NCBI GenBank assembly: GCA_045598065.1
Contig: JAZLLJ010000030.1
Location: 7,832-71,831 of the forward strand
DNA length: 64,000 nucleotides
Direction of reading: 5' to 3'
Origin: Acutalibacteraceae bacterium
GTDB lineage: Bacteria > Bacillota > Clostridia > Oscillospirales > Acutalibacteraceae
Shown here in pieces: positions 16,360 through 25,627 of this stretch. Made by a program: the position numbers and the translations under genes. Under the pieces are notes generated by a model. It saw only the letters and a list, made by a program, of their open reading frames with translations, was not told the origin of the DNA and ran no database searches. The number at the start of each line of letters is the position of its first letter. Position 1 is the stretch's first letter.

Positions 16360-18972
16360 TTAACCGATGGCGGCCATGCTCTGTTCGAGCAGGGCGAGTT
16401 TTTCCTGCAGCCGCGCGGCCTGCTCACGAGCGCCGTTGACCACAGCTTCGGGAGCTTTATCGGTAAACGCAGGGTTGGACAAACGGGCATTCACGCCGTC
16501 CAGCTGTTTTTTAACGTTTTCCATTTCTTTTTGCAGGCGTGTTTTCTCCTGCTCGGTGTCCACCAGTTCCGCGAGCGGGATCTTGATGGTCGCGTCCGGC
16601 GTAACGATGCTGACCGCACCGGCCACATCGAAGCTCTCGCCCACGTTCACGTCGGTGGCAAACGCCAAACGGTTCATAAACGCGGCGCCGGTCTTAAAGG
16701 TGTCGGCAAACGCGGTTTCGATGAACAGCTCCGTTTTCTTGGACGGCGGCACGTTCATCTCGGCGCGGCGGTTGCGGATGGCGCGAATAGCTTCCATCAA
16801 ACGTTCCATCTCTTTTTCCTCCGCCGTAAAGGCAAGCGCCTTGTCATACGCCGGCCAATCGGAGCGCATCAGCGTGTCACCCACGTGCGGCAACGACTGC
16901 CAAATTTCCTCCGTGATAAACGGCATAAACGGATGCAGGAGTTTGAGCATATTCGTCATCACGTACACAAGCACGCGGCAAACGTTCTCTTTATCCTCGC
17001 CCTGCAAGCGGTTTTTGCACAGTTCGATATACCAGTCGCAGAAATCGTCCCAAATAAAGTCGTACAGTTTCTGCACCGCCATACCGAGTTCGAATTTTTC
17101 GAGGTTATCGGTAACGGCCTGCGTCAGCGTGTTGAGTTTGGAAAGAATCCACTTGTCTTCGAGCGTCAGCGTATCGGGCAGCGAGAGTTCGGTGTTGTCG
17201 CCGAGGTTCATACGAATGAAGCGAGCGGCGTTCCAAATCTTGTTCGCGAAGTTACGGGAGGATTCCACTTTCTCCTGCATAAAGCGCATATCGTTTCCGG
17301 GGCTGTTGCCGGTTGCGAGCATAAAGCGCAGCGCATCCGCGCCGTATTCCTCGATGATTTCCAGCGGATCAATGCCGTTGCCGAGGGATTTGGACATCTT
17401 GCGGCCTTTGGAGTCGCGCACAAGGCCGTGGATAAACACGGTGTTGAACGGGGCTTTGCCGGTGTAGGCAAGGCCGGAGAACATCATACGCACCACCCAG
17501 AAGAAGATGATATCGTAACCGGTCACCATCGTGTGAGTGGGATAGAAATAGTCGTATTCGGGCGTTTTGTCCGGCCATCCCATGGTCGAGAACGGCCACA
17601 ACGCGGACGAGAACCAGGTATCGAGCGTGTCCTCATCCTGATGCAGATGGTCACAGCCGCAATGCGGACAAACGGTCGGATCTTCGCGAGTAACAATGGT
17701 TTCGCCGCATTCCGGGCAATACCACGCCGGAATCCGGTGGCCCCACCACAGTTGACGGGAAATGCACCAGTCGCGGATATTTTCGAGCCAGTGGAAATAC
17801 ACTTTTTCAAAACGCTCCGGCACAAATTTGGTTTGGCCGGATTTCACCGCTTCTATCGCCGGTTTCGCCAGCTCGTCCATCTTCACGAACCATTGCAGCG
17901 ACACACGCGGCTCCACGGTAGTGTGGCAGCGGTAACATTGGCCGACGTTGTGTTTCATCGGCTCGATTTTGACCACGTAGCCACCGGCTTCGAGGTCTTC
18001 CATAATCGCTTTGCGGCAATCGAGGATGCTCATGCCCTCGTATTTGCCGGCAAGTTCGTTCATAAAGCCGTCTTCGGTCGTAACGGTGATGACTTCGAGG
18101 TTGTGGCGCAAGCCAACCTCAAAGTCGTTCGGATCGTGGGCGGGAGTGATTTTCACCACGCCTGTACCGAAGTCCATCTCCACGTATTCGTCGGCGACGA
18201 TCGGGATTTCTTTGTTGACGATCGGCAAAACCACATTTTTGCCGACAATGTCTTTATAGCGTTCGTCATCCGGATGCACCGCCACGGCCGTATCACCGAG
18301 CAAGGTTTCCGGACGGGTGGTGGCGAGTTCCAAATAGCCGTTGCCGTCCGCCATCGGATAGCGCAGATGATAGAAGAACGCATCTTTTTCCTCAAACTCC
18401 ACCTCGGCATCCGAGATAGAGGTCAGGCAATGCGGACACCAGTTGATGATGCGCTCGCCGCGATAGATTTTGCCCTCTTCATACAGGCGCACAAACACCT
18501 CGCGCACCGCTTTGGAACAACCTTCGTCCATCGTGAAGCGCTCGCGTTCCCAGTCACAGGACGAGCCCATTTTACGCAGCTGCGACACAATGCGGCTGCC
18601 GTATTGCTCGCGCCATTTCCACGCACGTTCCAGGAACTTCTCGCGACCGAGATCGTCTTTCGTCAGTCCCTCTTTTTTCATGGACTCCACGATTTTCGCC
18701 TCGGTAGCAATAGAGGCGTGGTCGGTGCCCGGCATCCACAGCGCTTCATAGCCCTGCATCCGACGCCAGCGAATAAGGATATCCTGCAGCGTGTTGTCCA
18801 GCGCGTGGCCCATGTGCAGTTGTCCCGTAATGTTCGGGGGCGGCATCACGATGGTGTAGGGTTTCTTATCTTTATTTACCTCCGCGTGGAAGTAGCCGTT
18901 CGACTCCCAAAAGTCATAAATACGGTTTTCCACCTCACGGGGATCGTAGGTTTTTGCCAATTCTCGCTCCAT
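16360..18972 (-). CDS. valS: valine--tRNA ligase
   Basis: HIGH-type motif PPNITGQLHMGHAL, KMSKS motif, and a C-terminal coiled coil typical of ValRS. The ORF extends to 19053, but the Met at 18972 is preceded by RBS GGGAGG and gives the canonical MERELAKTYDP start. Confidence 0.95.
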   Translation of the reverse strand: MERELAKTYDPREVENRIYDFWESNGYFHAEVNKDKKPYTIVMPPPNITGQLHMGHALDNTLQDILIRWRRMQGYEALWMPGTDHASIATEAKIVESMKKEGLTKDDLGREKFLERAWKWREQYGSRIVSQLRKMGSSCDWERERFTMDEGCSKAVREVFVRLYEEGKIYRGERIINWCPHCLTSISDAEVEFEEKDAFFYHLRYPMADGNGYLELATTRPETLLGDTAVAVHPDDERYKDIVGKNVVLPIVNKEIPIVADEYVEMDFGTGVVKITPAHDPNDFEVGLRHNLEVITVTTEDGFMNELAGKYEGMSILDCRKAIMEDLEAGGYVVKIEPMKHNVGQCYRCHTTVEPRVSLQWFVKMDELAKPAIEAVKSGQTKFVPERFEKVYFHWLENIRDWCISRQLWWGHRIPAWYCPECGETIVTREDPTVCPHCGCDHLHQDEDTLDTWFSSALWPFSTMGWPDKTPEYDYFYPTHTMVTGYDIIFFWVVRMMFSGLAYTGKAPFNTVFIHGLVRDSKGRKMSKSLGNGIDPLEIIEEYGADALRFMLATGNSPGNDMRFMQEKVESSRNFANKIWNAARFIRMNLGDNTELSLPDTLTLEDKWILSKLNTLTQAVTDNLEKFELGMAVQKLYDFIWDDFCDWYIELCKNRLQGEDKENVCRVLVYVMTNMLKLLHPFMPFITEEIWQSLPHVGDTLMRSDWPAYDKALAFTAEEKEMERLMEAIRAIRNRRAEMNVPPSKKTELFIETAFADTFKTGAAFMNRLAFATDVNVGESFDVAGAVSIVTPDATIKIPLAELVDTEQEKTRLQKEMENVKKQLDGVNARLSNPAFTDKAPEAVVNGAREQAARLQEKLALLEQSMAAIG

Positions 18973-19080
18973 AATCGGTCGAGCCTCCCTTGTTTTTACA
19001 TATATGAAAAAGTATAGCCTATTTCCGTAAAAAAAGCAACCAAAAAATTTCATTTTTCTCTTTTCTTTTGCGAAAAAGGG

Positions 19081-19089
19081 TGTTATAAT
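19081..19089 (+). promoter_or_regulatory. extended -10 promoter element for the apgM-pdxK operon
   Basis: TGtTATAAT at 19081-19089. No good -35 at 17-nt spacing. Confidence 0.4.
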
Positions 19090-19102
19090 GGCAGACGAAT
19101 GA

Positions 19103-20332
19103 ATGGAAAGGATGATTTTCTTGAAATACGCAGTGCTTTTATGCGACGGTATGGCGGATTACCCCGTACCCGAATTGAATAACCAAACCCCCATGGAAGC
19201 CGCGAACAAACCGACGATGGATGCACTTGCAAAAGTGTCCGAACTGGGACTTATGAAAACTGTTCCGGATGGAATGCCTGCCGGAAGCGACGTTGCCAAC
19301 CTGTCGGTCGTGGGCTACAATCCTGCCGATTGCTACACCGGCCGCTCTCCCCTTGAAGCCGCCAACATCGGTGTCAAAATGGCGGACGATGACGTGGCGC
19401 TTCGCTGCAACCTCGTCACGCTGTCCGACGAGTCGGTCTACGCCGAAAAACGGATGGTGGACTACTGCGGCGGCGACATCTCCACCGCCGAAGCGGACGA
19501 ACTCGTGAAAGCGCTGCAAGCGGCGTTCGGCGGCGGCGAATTCGATTTTTATACCGGCACGGCGTATCGCCATTGTCTCATTTGGCACGGCGGCAAAACC
19601 GAGCTCGGCAAAATCACTCCGCCGCACGACATCAGTGGCCGCGTGGTCGGGGACTATCTCCCGAACGATCCTGCCGCGGCAAAACTTAAAGACATTATGG
19701 AAAAGAGCGTAGCGGTGCTCGAAAACCACCCGATTAACGTCGCACGCCGCGAAAAAGGCTTGTCTCCTGCCACCTCCGCGTGGTTTTGGGGCCAAGGTTC
19801 CCGTCCTGCGCTCGAAAATTTCAAAGAAAAATACGGCCTCGACGCCGCAATGATTTCCGCTGTGGACCTGCTTAAAGGCATCGGTCGCTTGGCAGGGATG
19901 AAAGTCTATAACGTCGAGGGCGCGACCGGCTATATCGACACGAATTTCGACGGTAAAGCCGCCGCCGCGATTGATGCGTTCAAAACCGGATGCGACTACG
20001 TATATATCCACGTGGAAGCGCCGGACGAATGCGGTCACCGCGGCGAAATCCAAAACAAGCCGCGCTCCATCGAACTCATTGACGAAAAAATTCTTGCGCC
20101 CCTGCTCACCTATTTGCGCGAAAGCGGCGAGGATTTCGCCCTGCTCATCTGCCCCGACCATCCGACGCCGCTCTCCATTCGCACCCACGTAGCAGACTGC
20201 GTGCCGTATCTTCTCTATCGCAGTAACGCCGAAATGAGCGGTGCCGACCGCTTCACCGAACAAACCGCTAAAGACACCGGACATTTCCTGCCCCGTGCCT
20301 CGGATATGCTTAAAAAAATGATGAATGCTTAA
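19103..20332 (+). CDS. apgM: cofactor-independent phosphoglycerate mutase, ApgM family
   Basis: LLCDGMAD N-terminal metal site, HVEAPDECGHRG and CPDHPTP motifs. The likely true start is the TTG at 19121, with RBS GGAAAGGA 8 nt upstream. Confidence 0.8.
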   Translation: MERMIFLKYAVLLCDGMADYPVPELNNQTPMEAANKPTMDALAKVSELGLMKTVPDGMPAGSDVANLSVVGYNPADCYTGRSPLEAANIGVKMADDDVALRCNLVTLSDESVYAEKRMVDYCGGDISTAEADELVKALQAAFGGGEFDFYTGTAYRHCLIWHGGKTELGKITPPHDISGRVVGDYLPNDPAAAKLKDIMEKSVAVLENHPINVARREKGLSPATSAWFWGQGSRPALENFKEKYGLDAAMISAVDLLKGIGRLAGMKVYNVEGATGYIDTNFDGKAAAAIDAFKTGCDYVYIHVEAPDECGHRGEIQNKPRSIELIDEKILAPLLTYLRESGEDFALLICPDHPTPLSIRTHVADCVPYLLYRSNAEMSGADRFTEQTAKDTGHFLPRASDMLKKMMNA

Positions 20333-20344
20333 CAGCAAAAGGAG

Positions 20345-21178
20345 ATGTCGAAAATGTATAAACGTGTCTTAACCATCCAAGACGTGTCGTGTGTCGGTCA
20401 GTGCTCGTTGACCGTCGCGCTGCCCATTCTCTCCGCCTGCGGACTGGAAACCGCGGTCATTCCGTCCGCCGTACTGTCCACCCACACCGCAGGATTTTCC
20501 GGCTATACCTTCCGTGACCTTACGGAAGATATGCCTGCCATCCTCGCGCATTGGGAAAAAGAAAATCTGACGTTCGACTCCATCTATACCGGCTACCTCG
20601 GCAGTACCGAGCAAATCGACTACGTAAAAGCCATCGCCAAAAGTCGCTTAAAAGCCGGCGGCAAACTTATCGTTGATCCTGCCATGGCGGACAACGGCAA
20701 GCTCTACCCCGCGTTCGACCAAGCCTACGTGGACGCAATGAAAACCCTCTGCGCCGAAGCGGACGTGCTCGTCCCCAACATCACCGAAGCCTGCTTCCTC
20801 ACGGATTTCGAGTATAAAGAAACCTACGACGAAGCGTATATCCTCGACTTGTGCAAAGCGCTCTTTGCGCTCTCCGGCAAGGATATCGTGCTGACCGGTG
20901 TCGGCTACGAAGAAGGTGCGACCGGCGTTGTCACCTTTGACGGCGCGGATTTACAGTATTACAAACACCGCAAGATCGCCAATGGGTGCCACGGCACCGG
21001 CGACGTGTACGCCTCCGCTTTCGTGGGCGCGCTCGAAAACGACCAGTCGCTTTACAACGCCGCTAAAACCGCCGCCGATTACACGTTGCGGTGCATTGAA
21101 TACACGCAGGGCGACGAGAGCCACTGGTACGGTGTCAAATTCGAGCCGGTGCTGAAAGAACTCATTGAGATGCTGTAA
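20345..21178 (+). CDS. pdxK: pyridoxal/pyridoxamine kinase
   Basis: 277 aa. TIQDVSCVGQCSLTVALPILSACG N-terminus and GTGDVYASAF ribokinase-superfamily anion-hole motif. Confidence 0.85.
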   Translation: MSKMYKRVLTIQDVSCVGQCSLTVALPILSACGLETAVIPSAVLSTHTAGFSGYTFRDLTEDMPAILAHWEKENLTFDSIYTGYLGSTEQIDYVKAIAKSRLKAGGKLIVDPAMADNGKLYPAFDQAYVDAMKTLCAEADVLVPNITEACFLTDFEYKETYDEAYILDLCKALFALSGKDIVLTGVGYEEGATGVVTFDGADLQYYKHRKIANGCHGTGDVYASAFVGALENDQSLYNAAKTAADYTLRCIEYTQGDESHWYGVKFEPVLKELIEML

Positions 21179-21195
21179 AACCGCAAAAAACAAAG

Positions 21196-21224
21196 AAAAA
21201 AGACGGGTCTTCCCGTCTTTTTTT
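21196..21224 (+). terminator. rho-independent terminator after pdxK
   Basis: AAAAAAGACGGG-tctt-CCCGTCTTTTTTT. Confidence 0.85.
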
Positions 21225-21254
21225 AATAAGTGTAATCCACCCGCCCACGGTGGT

Positions 21255-21500
21255 TTCACAGGAGACATTCACGAATGTCCCCCTTTTCGGTCGGTGCAAA
21301 AAACAAAATGGGGGGATTCATGAATCGCCCCTACATACACGCCGAAAACGCCATCAAAATTCCGCGGCGGCGCACAAACGCGGTGTAGGGACCGGCGTCC
21401 TCGATGGTCCATTTTTTGAATTCTGATAAAACCCGTGGCGGTTTTGTAGGGCAAGACCTTGGTCTTGCCGCCGTTGGTCGGTGCGGAATTCTAAAACTTG
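21255..21500. repeat. cluster of short GC-rich hairpin (REP-like) repeats in a convergent intergenic region
   Basis: Hairpins GGAGACATTC-acg-GAATGTCCCC (21261-21283), GGGGGGATTC-atg-GAATCGCCCC (21311-21334) and GGCAAGACC-tt-GGTCTTGCC (about 21450-21470). The flanks CC(A/G)(C/T)GG(T/C)GGTTT and GGTCGGTGC each occur twice. Confidence 0.6.
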
Positions 21501-21511
21501 ACTGCCACACC

Positions 21512-21546
21512 AAAAAAGAGGATGCTATCGCATCCTCTTTTTTTGC
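21512..21546 (-). terminator. terminator hairpin overlapping the stop codon of the Gx transporter gene
   Basis: AAAAAAGAGGATGC-tatc-GCATCCTCTTTTTTT, readable on both strands. Confidence 0.7.
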
Positions 21547-22031
21547 ATTTTCTTCGGCAGTCGCTGTACCACAAGCCCGCCGAGCACGCCGATGACCGCG
21601 CCGGCAATCGTGCCGGACAAAAGCAATACCGGCAAATACCACGAAAGCGACACCGTTTGCATCACCAAAATCGCGCAAATCAGTTGGCCGATATTGTGTG
21701 CCACACCGCCGACAACGCTGACACCGACCGGCGAAAACATCGGCAGTTTTTTGAAGAGCCACATCACGAGAAAGCTCAAAGTTCCGCCGCAAAACGCATA
21801 CAGCATCGAACTTAAACTGCCAAACGTAAACCCGGCCAACACGATGCGGCAAAGCGCCACTGCTGCCGCTCCGGGAACGGGAAGCAAATAGAGCGCAACA
21901 AGCGTTACAAGGTTGGCAAGCCCCAATTTCACGCCGGGAATACCGAGCGAAAACGGCATAAGCGCCTCGACGTAAGAAAACACAAAAGCCAGTGCCACCA
22001 GTATGCCGTAAAGAGGAATATTTTTCTTCAT
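21525..22031 (-). CDS. Gx transporter family membrane protein (heptaprenyl diphosphate synthase component I-like)
   Basis: 168 aa with five hydrophobic helices. The sequence and size are typical of the Hpre_diP_synt_I/Gx family, and it is paired with a NusG domain II protein as usual. Confidence 0.65.
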   Translation of the reverse strand: MKKNIPLYGILVALAFVFSYVEALMPFSLGIPGVKLGLANLVTLVALYLLPVPGAAAVALCRIVLAGFTFGSLSSMLYAFCGGTLSFLVMWLFKKLPMFSPVGVSVVGGVAHNIGQLICAILVMQTVSLSWYLPVLLLSGTIAGAVIGVLGGLVVQRLPKKMQKKRMR

Positions 22032-22043
22032 CTTTTCTCCCCC

Positions 22044-22442
22044 TTACACCACGAAATCGACCGTGTCCGAGGCTTCATCGTCCACCACAGAAACCGTCAT
22101 TTTATGCGGCAGGCAGACAATACTCTCCCCCGGCCGCGAAATAGCGCGGCTTTTGACACAGATTTGATTTTTGCAGTCCGCCTCGCGCACAAACACGCGG
22201 CCGTTTTCCACCACCACAACGTTATAGCCGTCATCCGTTTCCACGGTGTATGTAGAATTTTGCGACAAGGGCAACGTTTTCACCGTTTGGTTGTTGACGG
22301 TGATTTTCGCCACCGCGCCAGTCGGCTTCGGCGCGGCAAAATGAAAGACGAACAGCGCTGCCGCCAAAAGCAGCAACGCTGAAACAATCACGATATCTCC
22401 TCGCTTTAAAAAACGCGGTTTTTTCGTCTCATTCGCCATCAT
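22044..22442 (-). CDS. NusG domain II-containing membrane-anchored protein
   Basis: 132 aa. N-terminal TM anchor, then a beta-rich domain ending CKNQICV...IVCLPHK, typical of the NusG_II (DUF1312) family. Confidence 0.65.
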   Translation of the reverse strand: MMANETKKPRFLKRGDIVIVSALLLLAAALFVFHFAAPKPTGAVAKITVNNQTVKTLPLSQNSTYTVETDDGYNVVVVENGRVFVREADCKNQICVKSRAISRPGESIVCLPHKMTVSVVDDEASDTVDFVV

Positions 22443-23550
22443 CTGTCAAAAGAGCGGCGAAACCGGACGATTGCGCGGTGGTGCCGTCGGCAAGAATCCA
22501 AAACGCCTCCACACCGTCGGTTTTCTCGATAAGCGCTTTGCCCTTTTCGAGCGGAAGCAGAAACAACGCCGTAGACAACGCATCACACAGTCCTGCATCG
22601 TCGCCGACTACCGTGGTTGAACGGAACATACGGGCAGGATAGTTGGTATCGGGATCGATGATGTGGCAGTAACGCTCGCCCTCCACCTCGTAATAGCGCT
22701 CGTAGTCGCCGCTGGTAACAACACACTGGTTTTCCACGGAAATCGCTTCAATATACCCGTTTCCGTCCGGATCGGCGATGCCCACCGCCCATTTGGAACC
22801 GTCATCTTTCGTGCCGATAGTGCACACGTTGCCGCCCATATTCAGCGCCGCCGAGGTCACGCCCAACGCTCGCAGATATTCACAGCCTTTTTGTGCCGCG
22901 TACCCTTTGGCGATGGCGCCGACGTTCAACTGCATATCCGGATCTTTAAGAAACGCGGTACTGTTGTCACGGTTGATGACCACATCGTCAATATTCGAAT
23001 GGGCGGCACATTCCGCAAGCGTGTTCTCGTTAGGAAGCACGTACACGTTGTCCTCTTCCGCCACTTTCCACATCGTATGCCATTGCGCAAGTACGCGGCC
23101 GTAGGCGATATTCACTTTGCCTTCGCTAAATGCATAGGCTTCTTTGCCGAGTTCCAGCAAATCGAGGATTTCACCGTCAACGATAAGCGGTTTATCTCCG
23201 GCGGACATATTGAGTTCGCGCAGATTCTTCAAATCGCCGTACGCGTTATAAATATCGTACATCTGCTGGTAGGAAAGCAGGCGTTCATGCAGGTTTTCCG
23301 AAAGTTCCTTAAACTGCGCCTCGCTGTCGGTGTAGGCGATAAACGTGCAAACCGTATCGAACAAATCGTAGTAGGTTTCTTCATATTTTCCCGGTCCGGG
23401 ATCTTTCGACGTTTCGCTTTCAGAGGTGCCCGTCGCTCCCATCGGTTGACCGTTTACCGATACGGCCGAGCCGTCTTGCTCCACGGCTTTGCAGGCCGGC
23501 AAAGCCAGGCACAGGCACACACACAACGCCAAACACAGTAATTTTTTCAT
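22429..23550 (-). CDS. apbE: FAD:protein FMN transferase (ApbE family) lipoprotein
   Basis: Lipobox LALPAC. ApbE motifs GAIAKGYA and HIIDP..G. Located next to the rnf operon, whose RnfG and RnfD need flavinylation. Confidence 0.85.
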   Translation of the reverse strand: MKKLLCLALCVCLCLALPACKAVEQDGSAVSVNGQPMGATGTSESETSKDPGPGKYEETYYDLFDTVCTFIAYTDSEAQFKELSENLHERLLSYQQMYDIYNAYGDLKNLRELNMSAGDKPLIVDGEILDLLELGKEAYAFSEGKVNIAYGRVLAQWHTMWKVAEEDNVYVLPNENTLAECAAHSNIDDVVINRDNSTAFLKDPDMQLNVGAIAKGYAAQKGCEYLRALGVTSAALNMGGNVCTIGTKDDGSKWAVGIADPDGNGYIEAISVENQCVVTSGDYERYYEVEGERYCHIIDPDTNYPARMFRSTTVVGDDAGLCDALSTALFLLPLEKGKALIEKTDGVEAFWILADGTTAQSSGFAALLTDDGE

Positions 23551-23620
23551 TCCGTTTTCCTCCGACTTGCCTCTTCAAAAGCAAAGGCAAAAGCCTTTAC
23601 TTTTGAAGAGAACGAACTGT

Positions 23621-24748
23621 TTATCTGGATTCTATTAATTCTTCTCCTATACGGCTCAACGTGTCCTCAACTCGGCTGGCAACGTCTTCTGCCACGCTAG
23701 CCGCCTCGTCGAGAAAGCCGTCGGCCTCGGTTTTCGTGTCATTTTCCACCGTGGCATCCGCGGACGTTTCGTCCATAGCTTTCAATACGTTTTCGAGCAT
23801 TTCCGACACGCGAATATCGCATTTTTTCGCCAATTCGGTGTCGGCGGCAGGTTTCCCATTCGTCAAGGGCGTAACCTTTACTTGCTTTGCCGTCTTTCCC
23901 ACCACATATTCTTCAAACGCCTTGGCGCAGGCAATCCATTCCGCGTCTTTTTCCGTGTCGGACGTGTCATCCATTCCGGTTTTTTGGTCTTTTTTCGAAG
24001 AAAACGCTCCGGCCGTTCCGTCAAATGCACCGTCGGTCACAGCCACTTTTTTGCCAGCAACGTCCACTTGGCAATCGGTGACAACGCCGCGAGAATTCAT
24101 ACACACCGCCGCGATATGCACGTCCGTTTGCACCGCCTCGTCGCTGTTATTTGTTCCGTCCGTCGCCATCAACGCAAGCGACAGCGTATCCCCTTCCTGT
24201 GCCCCTCGTTCAGCCGCCATATCGCAGGCTTTTCCGATAGCTTCCAAAAACGGGGTAATATCCAGTTCACAGCGCGAGCGCAGAGCCTCGTCCTTTGCCA
24301 CACCGTTTTCAACGGGAATCTCCGCTACCTGTGCGGCGGTCTTTCCCACCACGTAGTCACAAAGAGCATCCGCCTGTTTGTACCACGCTTTCGAGAGCGG
24401 AGCCGAAGTGTTCAGACCATAGTCCTCCCCTTGAGCATACTTACTGCGTGGTGACTTCTCCCGAACAATTTTGCCGTCGCTCAGTTTGGCATCGGTCTCG
24501 ATCTCGTCCAGTTTGCAGGCGGCGATTTTTCCGTCTTTCTCCATAGCAACGGCGGCAACCACCGTTTTTTCGGTCAACGCATCGTCCGAGACGGCCAGTG
24601 TGTTCACCGAAGCCAGTCCCGTTTTCACCATAGCGACCGGCAAAGTAGACGACTCCGCCTTTTCGCCTTTGGAAATGTTGCTCTCACACGCCGTCAAAAG
24701 CATCGTCAGCGCCAGCAACACCGCCGGCAGTATTCTCCATTTTTTCAC
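23621..24748 (-). CDS. lipoprotein made of two homologous ~150-aa repeats, function unknown
   Basis: Lipobox LLTAC. Internal duplication: VVAAVAMEKDGKIAACKLDE...YVVGKTAAQVAEIP...RSRCELDITPFLEAIGKA aligns with IAAVCMNSRGVVTDCQVDV...YVVGKTAKQVKVTP...AKKCDIRVSEMLENVLKA. Confidence 0.7.
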   Translation of the reverse strand: MKKWRILPAVLLALTMLLTACESNISKGEKAESSTLPVAMVKTGLASVNTLAVSDDALTEKTVVAAVAMEKDGKIAACKLDEIETDAKLSDGKIVREKSPRSKYAQGEDYGLNTSAPLSKAWYKQADALCDYVVGKTAAQVAEIPVENGVAKDEALRSRCELDITPFLEAIGKACDMAAERGAQEGDTLSLALMATDGTNNSDEAVQTDVHIAAVCMNSRGVVTDCQVDVAGKKVAVTDGAFDGTAGAFSSKKDQKTGMDDTSDTEKDAEWIACAKAFEEYVVGKTAKQVKVTPLTNGKPAADTELAKKCDIRVSEMLENVLKAMDETSADATVENDTKTEADGFLDEAASVAEDVASRVEDTLSRIGEELIESR

Positions 24749-24805
24749 AAAGATACCTCCTTACAGTTGTCGGCGATTTCACGCCGCTGTAAGGTAGTAT
24801 ATCCG

Positions 24806-25597
24806 TTATCTGCGCCGAATAACCTTTGTCGGGCATTTTTCTACACACCAACCGCAGTTGATGCATTCCGATTGGTCAATATGCGCAATATTGTTTTTAA
24901 TCGTAATCGCGCCGGTAATACACTCTCTGGCGCAAAGGCCGCAACCGATACAACCCGCCTCGCACATATCTTTGACGGATTTGCCGCGCTCTTGGGACAA
25001 ACACGTCACCACGTATTGGGCGTCATACGGCACCATTTCGATGATGTTTTGTGGGCAGGCATCCGCACATTTACCGCAGGCGGTACATTTTTCTTTGTCC
25101 ACCACCGCCACACCTTCAATAATTTTGATGGCGTCATATTCGCACACTTTCACGCACGAGCCGAAACCGAGGCAACCGTAGGCGCACGCTTTAGTGCCGC
25201 GACCGGGAACCATCGTCACGCGGCGGCAATCCTCGTCGCCGAAATATTCGTAAATATGACGGGTTTTCTCGCACGTACCGGAACAGCGAACGTAGGCGGA
25301 CATCCGCACAAAGTCCGCTTTTTTGCCGGTCAATTCTCCAATCAATTCCGCGACCTTTTGGCCGCCGACAGGACAAGAGGTCGGACTGGCCTCTCCTTTG
25401 GCGATGGCTTCCGCCAACGCATCACATCCTGCATAGCCACATCCGCCGCAGTTGTTACCGGGCAAAACGTCTCGGATTTTTTCGGTGAGTTCGTCGGTAG
25501 GCACAGATAAAAACTTATCTGCCGTCACAAGCAACACACCGATAAGCAGGCCCATACCGCCTACCACCGCGGCAGCAATCAACACAGCCGTTCCCAT
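24806..25597 (-). CDS. rnfB: Rnf electron transport complex subunit B
   Basis: N-terminal TM helix, CGGCGYAGC cluster motif and multiple CxxCxxCxxxCP ferredoxin motifs. Last gene of the rnfCDGEAB order. Confidence 0.9.
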   Translation of the reverse strand: MGTAVLIAAAVVGGMGLLIGVLLVTADKFLSVPTDELTEKIRDVLPGNNCGGCGYAGCDALAEAIAKGEASPTSCPVGGQKVAELIGELTGKKADFVRMSAYVRCSGTCEKTRHIYEYFGDEDCRRVTMVPGRGTKACAYGCLGFGSCVKVCEYDAIKIIEGVAVVDKEKCTACGKCADACPQNIIEMVPYDAQYVVTCLSQERGKSVKDMCEAGCIGCGLCARECITGAITIKNNIAHIDQSECINCGWCVEKCPTKVIRRR

Positions 25598-25627
25598 AAG
25601 GTCGCCTCCTTTCGAGAAGATCAGAAA

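Noticed and set aside
16264-19017. 917-aa ORF on the plus strand
   Set aside because: It is exactly antisense to valS, whose HIGH and KMSKS motifs make it certain. The translation is Arg/His/Phe/Val-rich nonsense, typical of a shadow frame in a GC-rich gene. There is no RBS.
18973-19102. T-box leader upstream of valS
   Set aside because: Only about 130 nt separate the valS start from the divergent apgM gene, and this gap also holds the apgM promoter. It is too short for a T-box, and I could not find a T-box consensus (AAUUAGGGUGGUACCGCG-like).
21269-21852. ORFs of 61 and 173 aa across the REP-like region and antisense to the Gx transporter gene
   Set aside because: They are translations of palindromic repeats (IHESP/MNRPY-type peptides) and of the antisense strand of a membrane-protein gene. 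There are no RBSs.
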